From the NCBI GenBank assembly GCA_944363665.1, contig CALVUS010000001.1, positions 1 to 52,462 of the forward strand: a stretch of 52,462 nt of DNA, in the 5' to 3' direction. This document shows, piece after piece, positions 10,093 to 18,000 of the stretch; the stretch's first letter is position 1, and every line of letters begins with the position of its first letter. A program made the position numbers and the translations under genes. This stretch comes from an uncultured Bacilli bacterium. Its GTDB lineage: Bacteria; Bacillota_I; Bacilli_A; RF39; UBA660. Below the pieces are notes generated by a model. That model was given only the letters and a program-made list of their open reading frames with translations. It had not been told where the DNA came from and made no database searches.

Positions 10093-11613
10093 ATGTACGA
10101 AGATGGAAGCAAAAAAATAAATTTCAATTGGGGGTCACTTGCTATTAAATTAGCAATATTAGCAGTAATTATATTTATTATTTGTTTTATAATTACCAAA
10201 TTAACTGGAAACAAATCCAATAGTACTTCAACTTTAGCTATTAGTAATAACGATTACATTACTAATATTACATCAATGAAAGATGCAGCTTTTGAATACT
10301 TTACACCTTCCAAGTTACCAGAAAATATTGGTGGAACTGAACGACTAACATTGTCTGAAATGCTAAATCAAAAATTACTAATTGATTTTACAAATGATGG
10401 GGATACTTGTGATATTGACTCTAGTTATATTCAAGCTACCAAAACCGCTGATGGCAATTATGCACTGAAAATTAGTCTTGATTGTGGTGATAAATCAGAT
10501 TTCATTATAACCACTATTGAAGAACAATCCTGTGTAATTGATGGAAATTGCAATGAAACTACAAATACTGATGTTGTAATAAATGATGATGAAAAAACAA
10601 ATGATACCAATACTAACAATAATGACAACAACAATAGTAATAGTAGTAATAACAGCAATACAAATAGTGGCAGTAGCTCAACAACTACTACTGGCAGTTC
10701 TTCAAATACAAGTAATAAAGTAACTACTACAGTAAAAACTACTGTTAATATTAAAATAAGCTGCTCAATAAATGGTTGCACAACTAGTAAGCCAAGTGAG
10801 CCAAGTAAACCTAGTGAACCAACCGAACCTGAAGATCCGACACCTGATACACCAGAAGATCCTGATAAAGATGATACAACAAATGATGAAAAAACTAAAT
10901 ATTATAAATTAGTTAAATGGTCTGATTGGGAAGAAGGATATTCATCAAAAAGTAATACAGAAAATAAAAAAGAAACTGTGACAACTTATGATTATTGTGA
11001 ATATACTGATAAAACCTATTACACTACTAGTTGGGTAAGTGCATCAAAAAGTTCCCAAAATTACAATTATGAAATCGAGTTACAAAATATAGATGCTAGA
11101 GATATAGTTGATAATGAAATTTCGATAACGGATAAATCTTATTTTTCAAGTTCAACTACAGATTATAAAAAATATATGGATCAAACTAATGCTCTACATA
11201 TGACTGGTAATGTAAGTTCTCATAATATTAATATTTCTAGTGCATCTGCATTTAGAAATTCATCATTAACTGAAAACAATTTCAACTATGCAATAAGTAG
11301 TTTATATAAAGATGGTAATAGTTATAAAACATTAATAACAATTAATTATCGAAATAGTAATGGTGTAAGTCGTTATTATGCAAATAATATTGGCAGTTAT
11401 ATATACTTTGTACCACTTAAATTTACTGTAACATACGTTGATGAAGACGATTGTACTAGAGATACCTATGAAAATAGAAATGATTATAAAGGATATTATA
11501 GAACAAATAAAGATACTGAAAGCATTTGGTATCACAGAACAGCTACATATAAATGGAGCACAAATAAAAATCTAAGTGGTTGGGATTATACTGGAGAATA
11601 CGAATACAGATAA
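10093..11613 (+). CDS. Membrane-anchored surface protein with Asn/Ser/Thr low-complexity region and PSEPSKPSEPTEP linker
   Basis: ORF track starts at TTG 10069, but ATG 10093 sits 7 nt after a strong RBS. One TM helix, a Cys-containing domain, an N/S/T-rich stretch (DNA 10600-10720), a Pro/Glu/Asp linker, then a Tyr/Asn-rich C-terminal domain of unknown family. Confidence 0.7.
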   Translation: MYEDGSKKINFNWGSLAIKLAILAVIIFIICFIITKLTGNKSNSTSTLAISNNDYITNITSMKDAAFEYFTPSKLPENIGGTERLTLSEMLNQKLLIDFTNDGDTCDIDSSYIQATKTADGNYALKISLDCGDKSDFIITTIEEQSCVIDGNCNETTNTDVVINDDEKTNDTNTNNNDNNNSNSSNNSNTNSGSSSTTTTGSSSNTSNKVTTTVKTTVNIKISCSINGCTTSKPSEPSKPSEPTEPEDPTPDTPEDPDKDDTTNDEKTKYYKLVKWSDWEEGYSSKSNTENKKETVTTYDYCEYTDKTYYTTSWVSASKSSQNYNYEIELQNIDARDIVDNEISITDKSYFSSSTTDYKKYMDQTNALHMTGNVSSHNINISSASAFRNSSLTENNFNYAISSLYKDGNSYKTLITINYRNSNGVSRYYANNIGSYIYFVPLKFTVTYVDEDDCTRDTYENRNDYKGYYRTNKDTESIWYHRTATYKWSTNKNLSGWDYTGEYEYR

Positions 11614-11628
11614 TAAAGCAAATCTGAT

Positions 11629-11663
11629 AGAGATGATCATAATATCTTATCATCTCTTTTTAT
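11629..11663 (+). terminator. Rho-independent terminator of the 10093 gene
   Basis: AGAGATGAT (11629-11637) / ATCATCTCT (11649-11657) stem followed by TTTTTAT. Confidence 0.7.
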
Positions 11664-11710
11664 ATGCAATAATGACGTTTTTGATTATACAACAATATAT
11701 ATTTAATATT

Positions 11711-11751
11711 TAAAACAAAAAAGTAGTTCATATAAAAGATATGAACTACTT
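11711..11751 (-). terminator. Rho-independent terminator closing the Tad-like operon
   Basis: 12-bp stem AAGTAGTTCATA / TATGAACTACTT (11721-11732, 11740-11751) followed on the minus strand by TTTTGTTTTA. Confidence 0.75.
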
Positions 11752-11768
11752 TACTATTTAAATTTTAT

Positions 11769-12122
11769 TTAGTCTCCAAAATTTTCGTTATAAGCATCTG
11801 TGCAAACGTCACCACCAGGACTAGAAATACATCTAGCACAAACTTCGTATTTATCACTTGTTGAAGTATCAACTAAACGAATAACAAATGATACAATTGT
11901 CGGTACAAAGAATATTGCTACAGCAGCAATACAACGCATTAATAATGATTTTGCTGCTTTAGATACTTCTTTATTATCACTCGAAATTACAGCCTTTCCT
12001 AAGTCTACCATTCCCAAAATAATCAAAATTATAGGAATTACAATTTTAAATACTAATAAAAAATATCCAACTGTTCGCCATATATTAGCAGTATCTGCGC
12101 AAAAAGTATCAACATTCCCCAT
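11769..12122 (-). CDS. VirB2/TrbC-like two-TM hairpin protein (pilin-like), paralog A
   Basis: 117 aa; two TM helices joined by a GKAVISSDNKEVSKAAKSL loop; Cys-containing C-terminal tail; clear paralog of 12179-12532 and of 49753-50205. Confidence 0.55.
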   Translation of the reverse strand: MGNVDTFCADTANIWRTVGYFLLVFKIVIPIILIILGMVDLGKAVISSDNKEVSKAAKSLLMRCIAAVAIFFVPTIVSFVIRLVDTSTSDKYEVCARCISSPGGDVCTDAYNENFGD

Positions 12123-12178
12123 AATTCTAACACTCCTCTCTTTTTCTAACTATATTTTACTCTATTACTCGTTTAAAG

Positions 12179-12532
12179 TCAATCTTTATTGGTAAAAATG
12201 CCTTCATTGTGACTAGTATCACATTTATCATTTGGTGAAGTAAGGCAATCAACACAATTTAAATAATCATCTTGTACTTCAGAAAAGCCACCTATAAAAT
12301 TAAAAAACACATTTATTATTGTGGGAATAAAGAAAATAACTATAGCAATTATAAATTTCTTTAATAATGATGATGCAGTTTTTGACATAGCTTTAGCATC
12401 ACTGTCCATTATAGCTTTAAAAAAATCTATCATTCCTAAAATTATCAAAACTAATGGCACTATAATTTTAATAATCATAATTGCATAACCTACAATTTGC
12501 CAAACCTTTGCTGTTTTGTAACAAAATTCCAT
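12179..12532 (-). CDS. VirB2/TrbC-like two-TM hairpin protein (pilin-like), paralog B
   Basis: 117 aa; same architecture (FKAIMDSDAKAMSKTASSL loop, FFIPTI second helix, CVDC...C tail). Confidence 0.55.
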   Translation of the reverse strand: MEFCYKTAKVWQIVGYAIMIIKIIVPLVLIILGMIDFFKAIMDSDAKAMSKTASSLLKKFIIAIVIFFIPTIINVFFNFIGGFSEVQDDYLNCVDCLTSPNDKCDTSHNEGIFTNKD

Positions 12533-12546
12533 ATTTTACACCCCCA

Positions 12547-13533
12547 TTATTTAAAAATACTAAATATTCCTGAGCCATTAGGATCTATTCTACTAAACCC
12601 TAAGGCAGATAAAAATGCATTAATAATTGGTTGATTATCCAATTTGTCATCCAAATACGGTAAATTGTAAAATACTTTACTTCCACTTTCTTTTTCAAAT
12701 TCCGATACATCTTTTTCCGATAATATACTCCGATTTAATACAATTTTTTTGCCTTTAAGTTCTTCAAAAATCATGTTATCTTTTCTAATTAATTTATTTA
12801 ATTGAATACGTCCAGGTTCTATTAGATAAATAATATCGTTACAATAATTAGTAACATCGCTATTATTTAAATCTACTAGTATAACATCACAATTAGAATT
12901 GCTAGCAATATAATCACTAAAATTCATACTGGAAATGCTATCTAAACTGGAATCATTAAAATATTCAAAATCATTTGCATCTATTTCTACTGCTTTTACT
13001 TTATACACTTTGTCCAAATGAATTTTCATCAAATATGTTAAAGTTGTTGCTCCAGCATGATCCGTAACATTTTTGATACCAATAACTTTTTGAGATATTT
13101 TACCTCTTGTTGTATCAACCGCATTTTCATTTAAAGCTGGTCTTTTGTAGCCATTAATATTATGAAAATTTGCTACATCTTTATAAGAATTTGGGTTATC
13201 TATCAAATATCTTATAACATTAATATCATTTGTAAAATTATATATCCCCATCGATATTAATTGTGAAATATACATTGGTGAATTTACAACCTCAGAATCA
13301 TCTAATAACAATATTACTTTGGACATATCAAAATTAACTGACAAATTTTGCATGGTTTTTATATCTTGATAATTTTTAATAGCAGTTATATCAATAATCA
13401 TTTTATTAAAATAGAAATTAGAAAACTGAGCTATTAATTCATCAACCGAAAACTCTCCATTTATACTTTTAATAATATCAATATCTAAACTAGCCAGTAA
13501 AGCTTGATATTTATTAGAAATTATTACATTCAT
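12547..13533 (-). CDS. tadZ: TadZ/CpaE-like protein: receiver-like N-domain plus ParA/MinD-like domain with degenerate Walker A
   Basis: 328 aa; position in the locus; P-loop-like VIGIKNVTDHAGATTLTY lacks the canonical GK[ST] lysine; a later hhhhD (VILVDLN) resembles a Walker B. Confidence 0.55.
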   Translation of the reverse strand: MNVIISNKYQALLASLDIDIIKSINGEFSVDELIAQFSNFYFNKMIIDITAIKNYQDIKTMQNLSVNFDMSKVILLLDDSEVVNSPMYISQLISMGIYNFTNDINVIRYLIDNPNSYKDVANFHNINGYKRPALNENAVDTTRGKISQKVIGIKNVTDHAGATTLTYLMKIHLDKVYKVKAVEIDANDFEYFNDSSLDSISSMNFSDYIASNSNCDVILVDLNNSDVTNYCNDIIYLIEPGRIQLNKLIRKDNMIFEELKGKKIVLNRSILSEKDVSEFEKESGSKVFYNLPYLDDKLDNQPIINAFLSALGFSRIDPNGSGIFSIFK

Positions 13534-14009
13534 ATTATTCCTCCGATCAAATTATTGCTGCCAACAAAGGAATTAGTTCTTCCATTTACATTAAATGTTG
13601 CTATATCTCCCAAAAAAGGTAAATTAAATCTATAAAATACAATTATATCGTAATAAATATAGTCACGTGAATCACTAGGTTGACTAACTTGAGAAAAACA
13701 ATAATAATATCTTGTTGCTCCATCAGCTTCTTCATAATTGCCTTCTAAGTCTATTGCTCCGTACCATTTTACGTTATCATCTTGAGGACAATTTCCCGTA
13801 GTAGTATAACTTTGACCTACTAAATAATTATTAATTATATCACTAGATTGGGAAGTTAAACCCTCATATTTTTCAATAATAGATAGCATTTCATTTTTTA
13901 CACGATAAGCTTTAGAATAGTTTAAAACAAGGGTTAAAAAACATGCAAAAATTAAAATGAATAAAATCATTATTTGAAAAACCCAAGTAGAACCTGATAC
14001 TTCTCGCAT
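13530..14009 (-). CDS. Pseudopilin-like (TadE/TadG-position) membrane-anchored protein, paralog 1
   Basis: 159 aa; short polar N-terminus (MREVSGS) then a hydrophobic helix; paralogous to 14024-14524 (shared ...VKNE(M/I)L(S/N)IIE... and ...YTTTGNCP/YRTTGTCP blocks). Confidence 0.45.
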   Translation of the reverse strand: MREVSGSTWVFQIMILFILIFACFLTLVLNYSKAYRVKNEMLSIIEKYEGLTSQSSDIINNYLVGQSYTTTGNCPQDDNVKWYGAIDLEGNYEEADGATRYYYCFSQVSQPSDSRDYIYYDIIVFYRFNLPFLGDIATFNVNGRTNSFVGSNNLIGGII

Positions 14010-14023
14010 AATCTTATCTCCTT

Positions 14024-14524
14024 TTAATTTTTATATATTATTCTAGTTTCACCTTTTGTTTGAAAATTATATAGTTGTTTAATAACTGGAATATCTAATT
14101 GATAAAACACCACTATTTGAACATAAGATCCATCAACAAAATCATCAGTAGCTACTGTTCCAGCACCTAGTTCTCCTTCCAGGTAACCATCTAATTCTGA
14201 AGTAACATTAACTTTTCTTATACAAACAGATGCTTCTTGGCCAGATGTCACTGGAGATCCATTACGTTGATATCCTTGATATTCATCAGGGCAGGTTCCC
14301 GTAGTTCGATAAGATGTTTCATTGATTGTATCAATTATATCTTCACTTAAATTGCCATTATCTCCTTCATATACTCCATTATTAGCTTCAATTATATTTA
14401 AAATTTCGTTTTTTACACCAAAAGCATTTGAATTATTAATTGTTAAGCACATAATTGCTGTAAATAGCAATACAAATAATATAAATATTTGAAAAATAGT
14501 TGTAATACTTATTGATTCCTTCAT
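14024..14524 (-). CDS. Pseudopilin-like membrane-anchored protein, paralog 2
   Basis: 166 aa; same architecture as 13530-14009. Confidence 0.45.
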   Translation of the reverse strand: MKESISITTIFQIFILFVLLFTAIMCLTINNSNAFGVKNEILNIIEANNGVYEGDNGNLSEDIIDTINETSYRTTGTCPDEYQGYQRNGSPVTSGQEASVCIRKVNVTSELDGYLEGELGAGTVATDDFVDGSYVQIVVFYQLDIPVIKQLYNFQTKGETRIIYKN

Positions 14525-14533
14525 TAAAACTCA

Positions 14534-14812
14534 CTATCCTCTATAAAGACAATCAAAGCTATTATCACTAGATCTGTCTTCCTCTTCATCATCCCAACAT
14601 GTGCAATACATTATTCCTTCTACTTCATGCAAACCAGGTAATCCTCTAATAGATTCTTCACTACAGTTGCAAACTGCCTTATTACATTGTGCAGTACTTG
14701 TAAAGTTAAAATCTAGCATTGGCCACAAAACACCGAAAAAAAAGGCCATCAAGACCCCAATTGATATCATAACAATTACTGCTAGATTTATTTCTCCTGT
14801 AGCCTCTTTCAT
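14534..14812 (-). CDS. Pilin-like protein with Cys-rich C-terminal extension
   Basis: 92 aa; MKEATGE leader-like N-terminus followed by a 22-25 residue hydrophobic helix; six Cys in the C-terminal half. Confidence 0.55.
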   Translation of the reverse strand: MKEATGEINLAVIVMISIGVLMAFFFGVLWPMLDFNFTSTAQCNKAVCNCSEESIRGLPGLHEVEGIMYCTCWDDEEEDRSSDNSFDCLYRG

Positions 14813-14829
14813 AATTCTTTACCAACTAT

Positions 14830-15087
14830 CTATTCAGAATCATCAGCTGCATCATCATATTGAATTGGATCACCTTCAGCACAGTAACATATCTTTTGAT
14901 CAGTATCAACTCCGCCAGATCCTTGTGTTGAATCTAATTTTCCACCAGGACACATATTAGAACATGTACTTCTTGCCAAACTAGTTTGAATACCAGGCCA
15001 AACTACAGCATAGAAGAATGCTCCTACAGCAACTATCGCAACGACAGTAACAACAGTCATATTTAATTCACCAGTCGCTTCTTTCAT
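14830..15087 (-). CDS. Pilin-like protein (probable major subunit) with Cys-containing acidic C-terminus
   Basis: 85 aa; identical MKEATGE N-terminus; hydrophobic helix; four Cys; strong RBS AAAGGAGGAA; its own promoter immediately upstream. Confidence 0.55.
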   Translation of the reverse strand: MKEATGELNMTVVTVVAIVAVGAFFYAVVWPGIQTSLARSTCSNMCPGGKLDSTQGSGGVDTDQKICYCAEGDPIQYDDAADDSE

Positions 15088-15119
15088 ATTAAATAAATTC
15101 CTCCTTTTACCATATTTTT

Positions 15120-15148
15120 ATTATAACTTATTTTTAAGTAAATATCAA
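15120..15148 (-). promoter_or_regulatory. Internal promoter TTGATA-N17-TATAAT in front of the pilin-like genes
   Basis: Minus strand: -35 = rc of 15143-15148, 17-nt spacer, consensus -10 = rc of 15120-15125, within the 84-nt gap between the tadC-like gene and the first pilin-like gene. Confidence 0.55.
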
Positions 15149-15171
15149 TTTTTTTTATTATGTAATGTCAA

Positions 15172-15960
15172 CTAAACATTCATCATTTGAACAACTGCAA
15201 GGATTAGCAAAACCATCAGTCCAGCTCCTGTAGCAATTAACATGCTCATAGTTTTGCCTTCCATCTTCTCCAAGCGATTTTTATAACGTGTCTCTCTAGC
15301 TTTTTGTTGCAAACTAGATATAGATCTTGAAAACATTAAAATTTGTTCTTGTTTACGTTCTTGACGACCTAAACTTAAACGATATAAAAGTCGCATCATT
15401 CTCATTGAATCACGAACAGGATATTTACGAGCAAATTCCATATAAGGTTCAATTGTATCATCACCAGCATTTATAGCATCAATCATTTCTTGTAACCCAT
15501 CTTTAAATATTTCCGGAGCATCTGCCATTGATTTACCAATTGCAACTGGAACAGTATAATGTTGAATAAGAATTTCTAAATTCTTTAAATAATGCGGTAA
15601 CATAGCATCTATTTGATGCATATGACGTGTATAGAATTTTTTAATATCACTATAAGGTTGCTTAAATATAAATATTCCCACAACAGCAATAATTAGTAAC
15701 TTTACAGCATTTAAGTCTTGAATCATGTATAAAAATAATAACACCATAACAATCAATGCATTTTTAATTCTTTTATTAAATAATACATCAGGATTCATAG
15801 CTGTACCATATTTAGCTCGAACATAAAAATCCCAATCACTTTCTTTAAGCCTTAAAAATAGCATTTGATTATCGCTAATCATTTGATTAATATTAATTTG
15901 TCCTGAAACTGTCATAATAAGAAAAACAATTACCGCTATAATAATAATTTCTACTTGCAT
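15172..15960 (-). CDS. tadC: TadC-like platform protein (T2SS-F/GspF-like fold)
   Basis: 262 aa; TM helices at the N-terminus, around residues 70-100 and at the C-terminus, flanking a cytoplasmic domain of about 130 aa; directly follows the tadB-like gene with a 1-nt overlap. Confidence 0.55.
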   Translation of the reverse strand: MQVEIIIIAVIVFLIMTVSGQININQMISDNQMLFLRLKESDWDFYVRAKYGTAMNPDVLFNKRIKNALIVMVLLFLYMIQDLNAVKLLIIAVVGIFIFKQPYSDIKKFYTRHMHQIDAMLPHYLKNLEILIQHYTVPVAIGKSMADAPEIFKDGLQEMIDAINAGDDTIEPYMEFARKYPVRDSMRMMRLLYRLSLGRQERKQEQILMFSRSISSLQQKARETRYKNRLEKMEGKTMSMLIATGAGLMVLLILAVVQMMNV

Positions 15961-16865
15961 TATTCCACCCCTACATCTTCATTATAATACTTTTCTCCAG
16001 AAAGAAGGAAAAAAGAATTGATAAGAACAACTGCATGTAGTATTAACTGAACGTACCAAATTTCGATAAGTTCAATATAGTTTTCTTCACCTAACATATA
16101 TCGTAAAACAACAACTAATAAATATAATGTTAAACCAAATTTGATAAAACGGCCATGAAAATTTTTACGATCCATTTGGTCACGATAAACACCTTCAACA
16201 AGAGCATCGATATCCATTGACATATTTTCTAAAGCTTGTCCTGAATCACGAGCACCTTCTTTAGTTATTTGTAAAAATAATTGATGCATATTTTTGACCA
16301 TATAATATGGGTACTTATTATTAAAATATTGAATAGATTCATCTATCGTTCCATTTTGATAAGACATTTCAATCATTTTTTTGACATCTTCTAAAACTGG
16401 ATTTTCTAAAATACCCGAATCTCTTACTCCTTCTAAAGCTTTTACAAAACTTTGAGTAGTATTAAATTCCATTATAACATTGGTTGTATAGGTTTGAATT
16501 TGTTCAAATAAAAATTCACTATAAATTCTTTGGCAACGTAAATATGCTAAATATGGAATAAAAGAAATAGCAACAATTGCATATATAGCAGCTATAATGA
16601 TACTGTAAAAATAAAAGTATCCTATTAAAACTGCAAAACCACCAAATAATAATACTTGTGTTATATATTGCCTAGTGGTATATTCTTGACCTAATTCAAT
16701 AGCTTTTTCGCGAACCATTTTGAATGAATAAGGAGCATATTTATCATATATTTTGGTTGCATTTCCCGCTACAAACTTATAAACGTTTTCACCAGGATTA
16801 CGACGATAAATTAAAACAAAAGCCGCTATAAGCAATAATATTACTAATTCTAAAAGTGTTCCCAT
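15960..16865 (-). CDS. tadB: TadB-like platform protein (T2SS-F/GspF-like fold)
   Basis: 301 aa; same TM/cytoplasmic-domain/TM layout; immediately downstream of the secretion ATPase. Confidence 0.55.
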   Translation of the reverse strand: MGTLLELVILLLIAAFVLIYRRNPGENVYKFVAGNATKIYDKYAPYSFKMVREKAIELGQEYTTRQYITQVLLFGGFAVLIGYFYFYSIIIAAIYAIVAISFIPYLAYLRCQRIYSEFLFEQIQTYTTNVIMEFNTTQSFVKALEGVRDSGILENPVLEDVKKMIEMSYQNGTIDESIQYFNNKYPYYMVKNMHQLFLQITKEGARDSGQALENMSMDIDALVEGVYRDQMDRKNFHGRFIKFGLTLYLLVVVLRYMLGEENYIELIEIWYVQLILHAVVLINSFFLLSGEKYYNEDVGVE

Positions 16866-16878
16866 ATTTACTCCTTTC

Positions 16879-17994
16879 TTATAAACTTTCTATTCCCATA
16901 ACCTCTGTATTATTGGCAATACTATTTTCTTCTTTAACAAAGTAATTAGGATCCATATCTACTCCTTGAACACCTAAATAAGCAATTAAATACTTACTAG
17001 GATTATTAAAAGAAAATTTGCCATCTAAGCTTTTTTTAAATAAAATATTTGATTTTGCTTCATTATTATCATCAACATAAAATTCTACTACTTCTATTAT
17101 TTCTCTTTGGAATCTTCCTAATTCTTTACTCATATAGCCTTTAACATGAATACCAATCTGAACATAACGATGAATAGATTTTAAAAATTGATCTATATCT
17201 TGACTACTTTCTAACAAACTATACATCCGCATTGGAATATTTAAAGCTCTATCTGAGTGAATAGTAGAAATAATATTATGCCCAGAGGAAATAGAGTTAC
17301 GAACAGCAGTAACTGCCTCTGCAGAACGAACTTCTGATAACAATATCCATCTTGGATTTTGCCGCATACAAGTAACTAAAACATCAGAATATGAAGCAAT
17401 ATTATTAGTTTTCATAGCAACTATATCACGATGGGGAAAAATTTTATCCAAATGTAATTCTAGTGTATCTTCAATGGTAATTATTTTTTCATTTTCTTTA
17501 GTATGACTGGCTAAATATTTAACTAGTTCTGTTTTCCCACTCCCAGTTTCACCACTAACAATTATATTGCAGTGTCCTTCTACACAAGTCATTAAAAAAT
17601 CATGAAGATTTTCAGTAACATATTGTTCATTTAACAACTTTTCTTTATTTAGACGGATTTTGGCAGGCGTCTTTCTTATTAAGCAAGCAATTCCATTTGT
17701 AGCAATTGAATCATGAACAAAATTAAGACGTAATTCTGCAGATTCGGCATCCAAAAAAGGATGAGCCATATTAAAAGTTTTACCCATAACATTTGAACAT
17801 TGAAAAGCTAATTTTTCCATTAATGCATTATTTATTTCTGGTCTTTCAACACGATAAACACCCTTATTAAGAGTTTTTAGCCAAACTTGACCACCATTAG
17901 AATATGAAACGTCAGTTATATTATCTTCTTCTAAAAACTCTTTTAAAGGTCCAAAATCTATTTGTGAAAATATTGCATCATTCACACTTGTCAC
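16879..17994 (-). CDS. tadA: CpaF/TadA-family secretion ATPase (VirB11/GspE superfamily)
   Basis: 371 aa; Walker A SGETGSGKTE, ITIEDTLEL Asp box, MRQNPRWILLSEVR Walker B region, STIHS His box. The true start may be the second in-frame GTG (17985), 6 nt after GAGGTG. Confidence 0.85.
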   Translation of the reverse strand: MTSVNDAIFSQIDFGPLKEFLEEDNITDVSYSNGGQVWLKTLNKGVYRVERPEINNALMEKLAFQCSNVMGKTFNMAHPFLDAESAELRLNFVHDSIATNGIACLIRKTPAKIRLNKEKLLNEQYVTENLHDFLMTCVEGHCNIIVSGETGSGKTELVKYLASHTKENEKIITIEDTLELHLDKIFPHRDIVAMKTNNIASYSDVLVTCMRQNPRWILLSEVRSAEAVTAVRNSISSGHNIISTIHSDRALNIPMRMYSLLESSQDIDQFLKSIHRYVQIGIHVKGYMSKELGRFQREIIEVVEFYVDDNNEAKSNILFKKSLDGKFSFNNPSKYLIAYLGVQGVDMDPNYFVKEENSIANNTEVMGIESL

Positions 17995-18000
17995 CTCTTT

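Noticed and set aside
10458-10781. 107-aa minus-strand ORF rich in Leu/Val runs, plus 10038-10220 and 11332-11535
   Set aside because: The first is the antisense reading of the Asn/Ser/Thr low-complexity tract of the 10093 gene. The others overlap its promoter or coding region without an RBS.
11800-12195. 131-aa plus-strand ORF spanning the first VirB2-like gene and the intergenic gap
   Set aside because: It crosses an intergenic region that contains the minus-strand RBS, has no RBS of its own, and the minus-strand paralog pair is mutually supported by homology.
14601-14960. 119-aa plus-strand ORF across the two pilin-like genes; also 19967-20164, 20935-21339, 22537-22815 and 23347-23544 inside or abutting the 1194-aa gene
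   Set aside because: All are antisense to longer ORFs with signal peptides or paralog support, and no translation signals are present.
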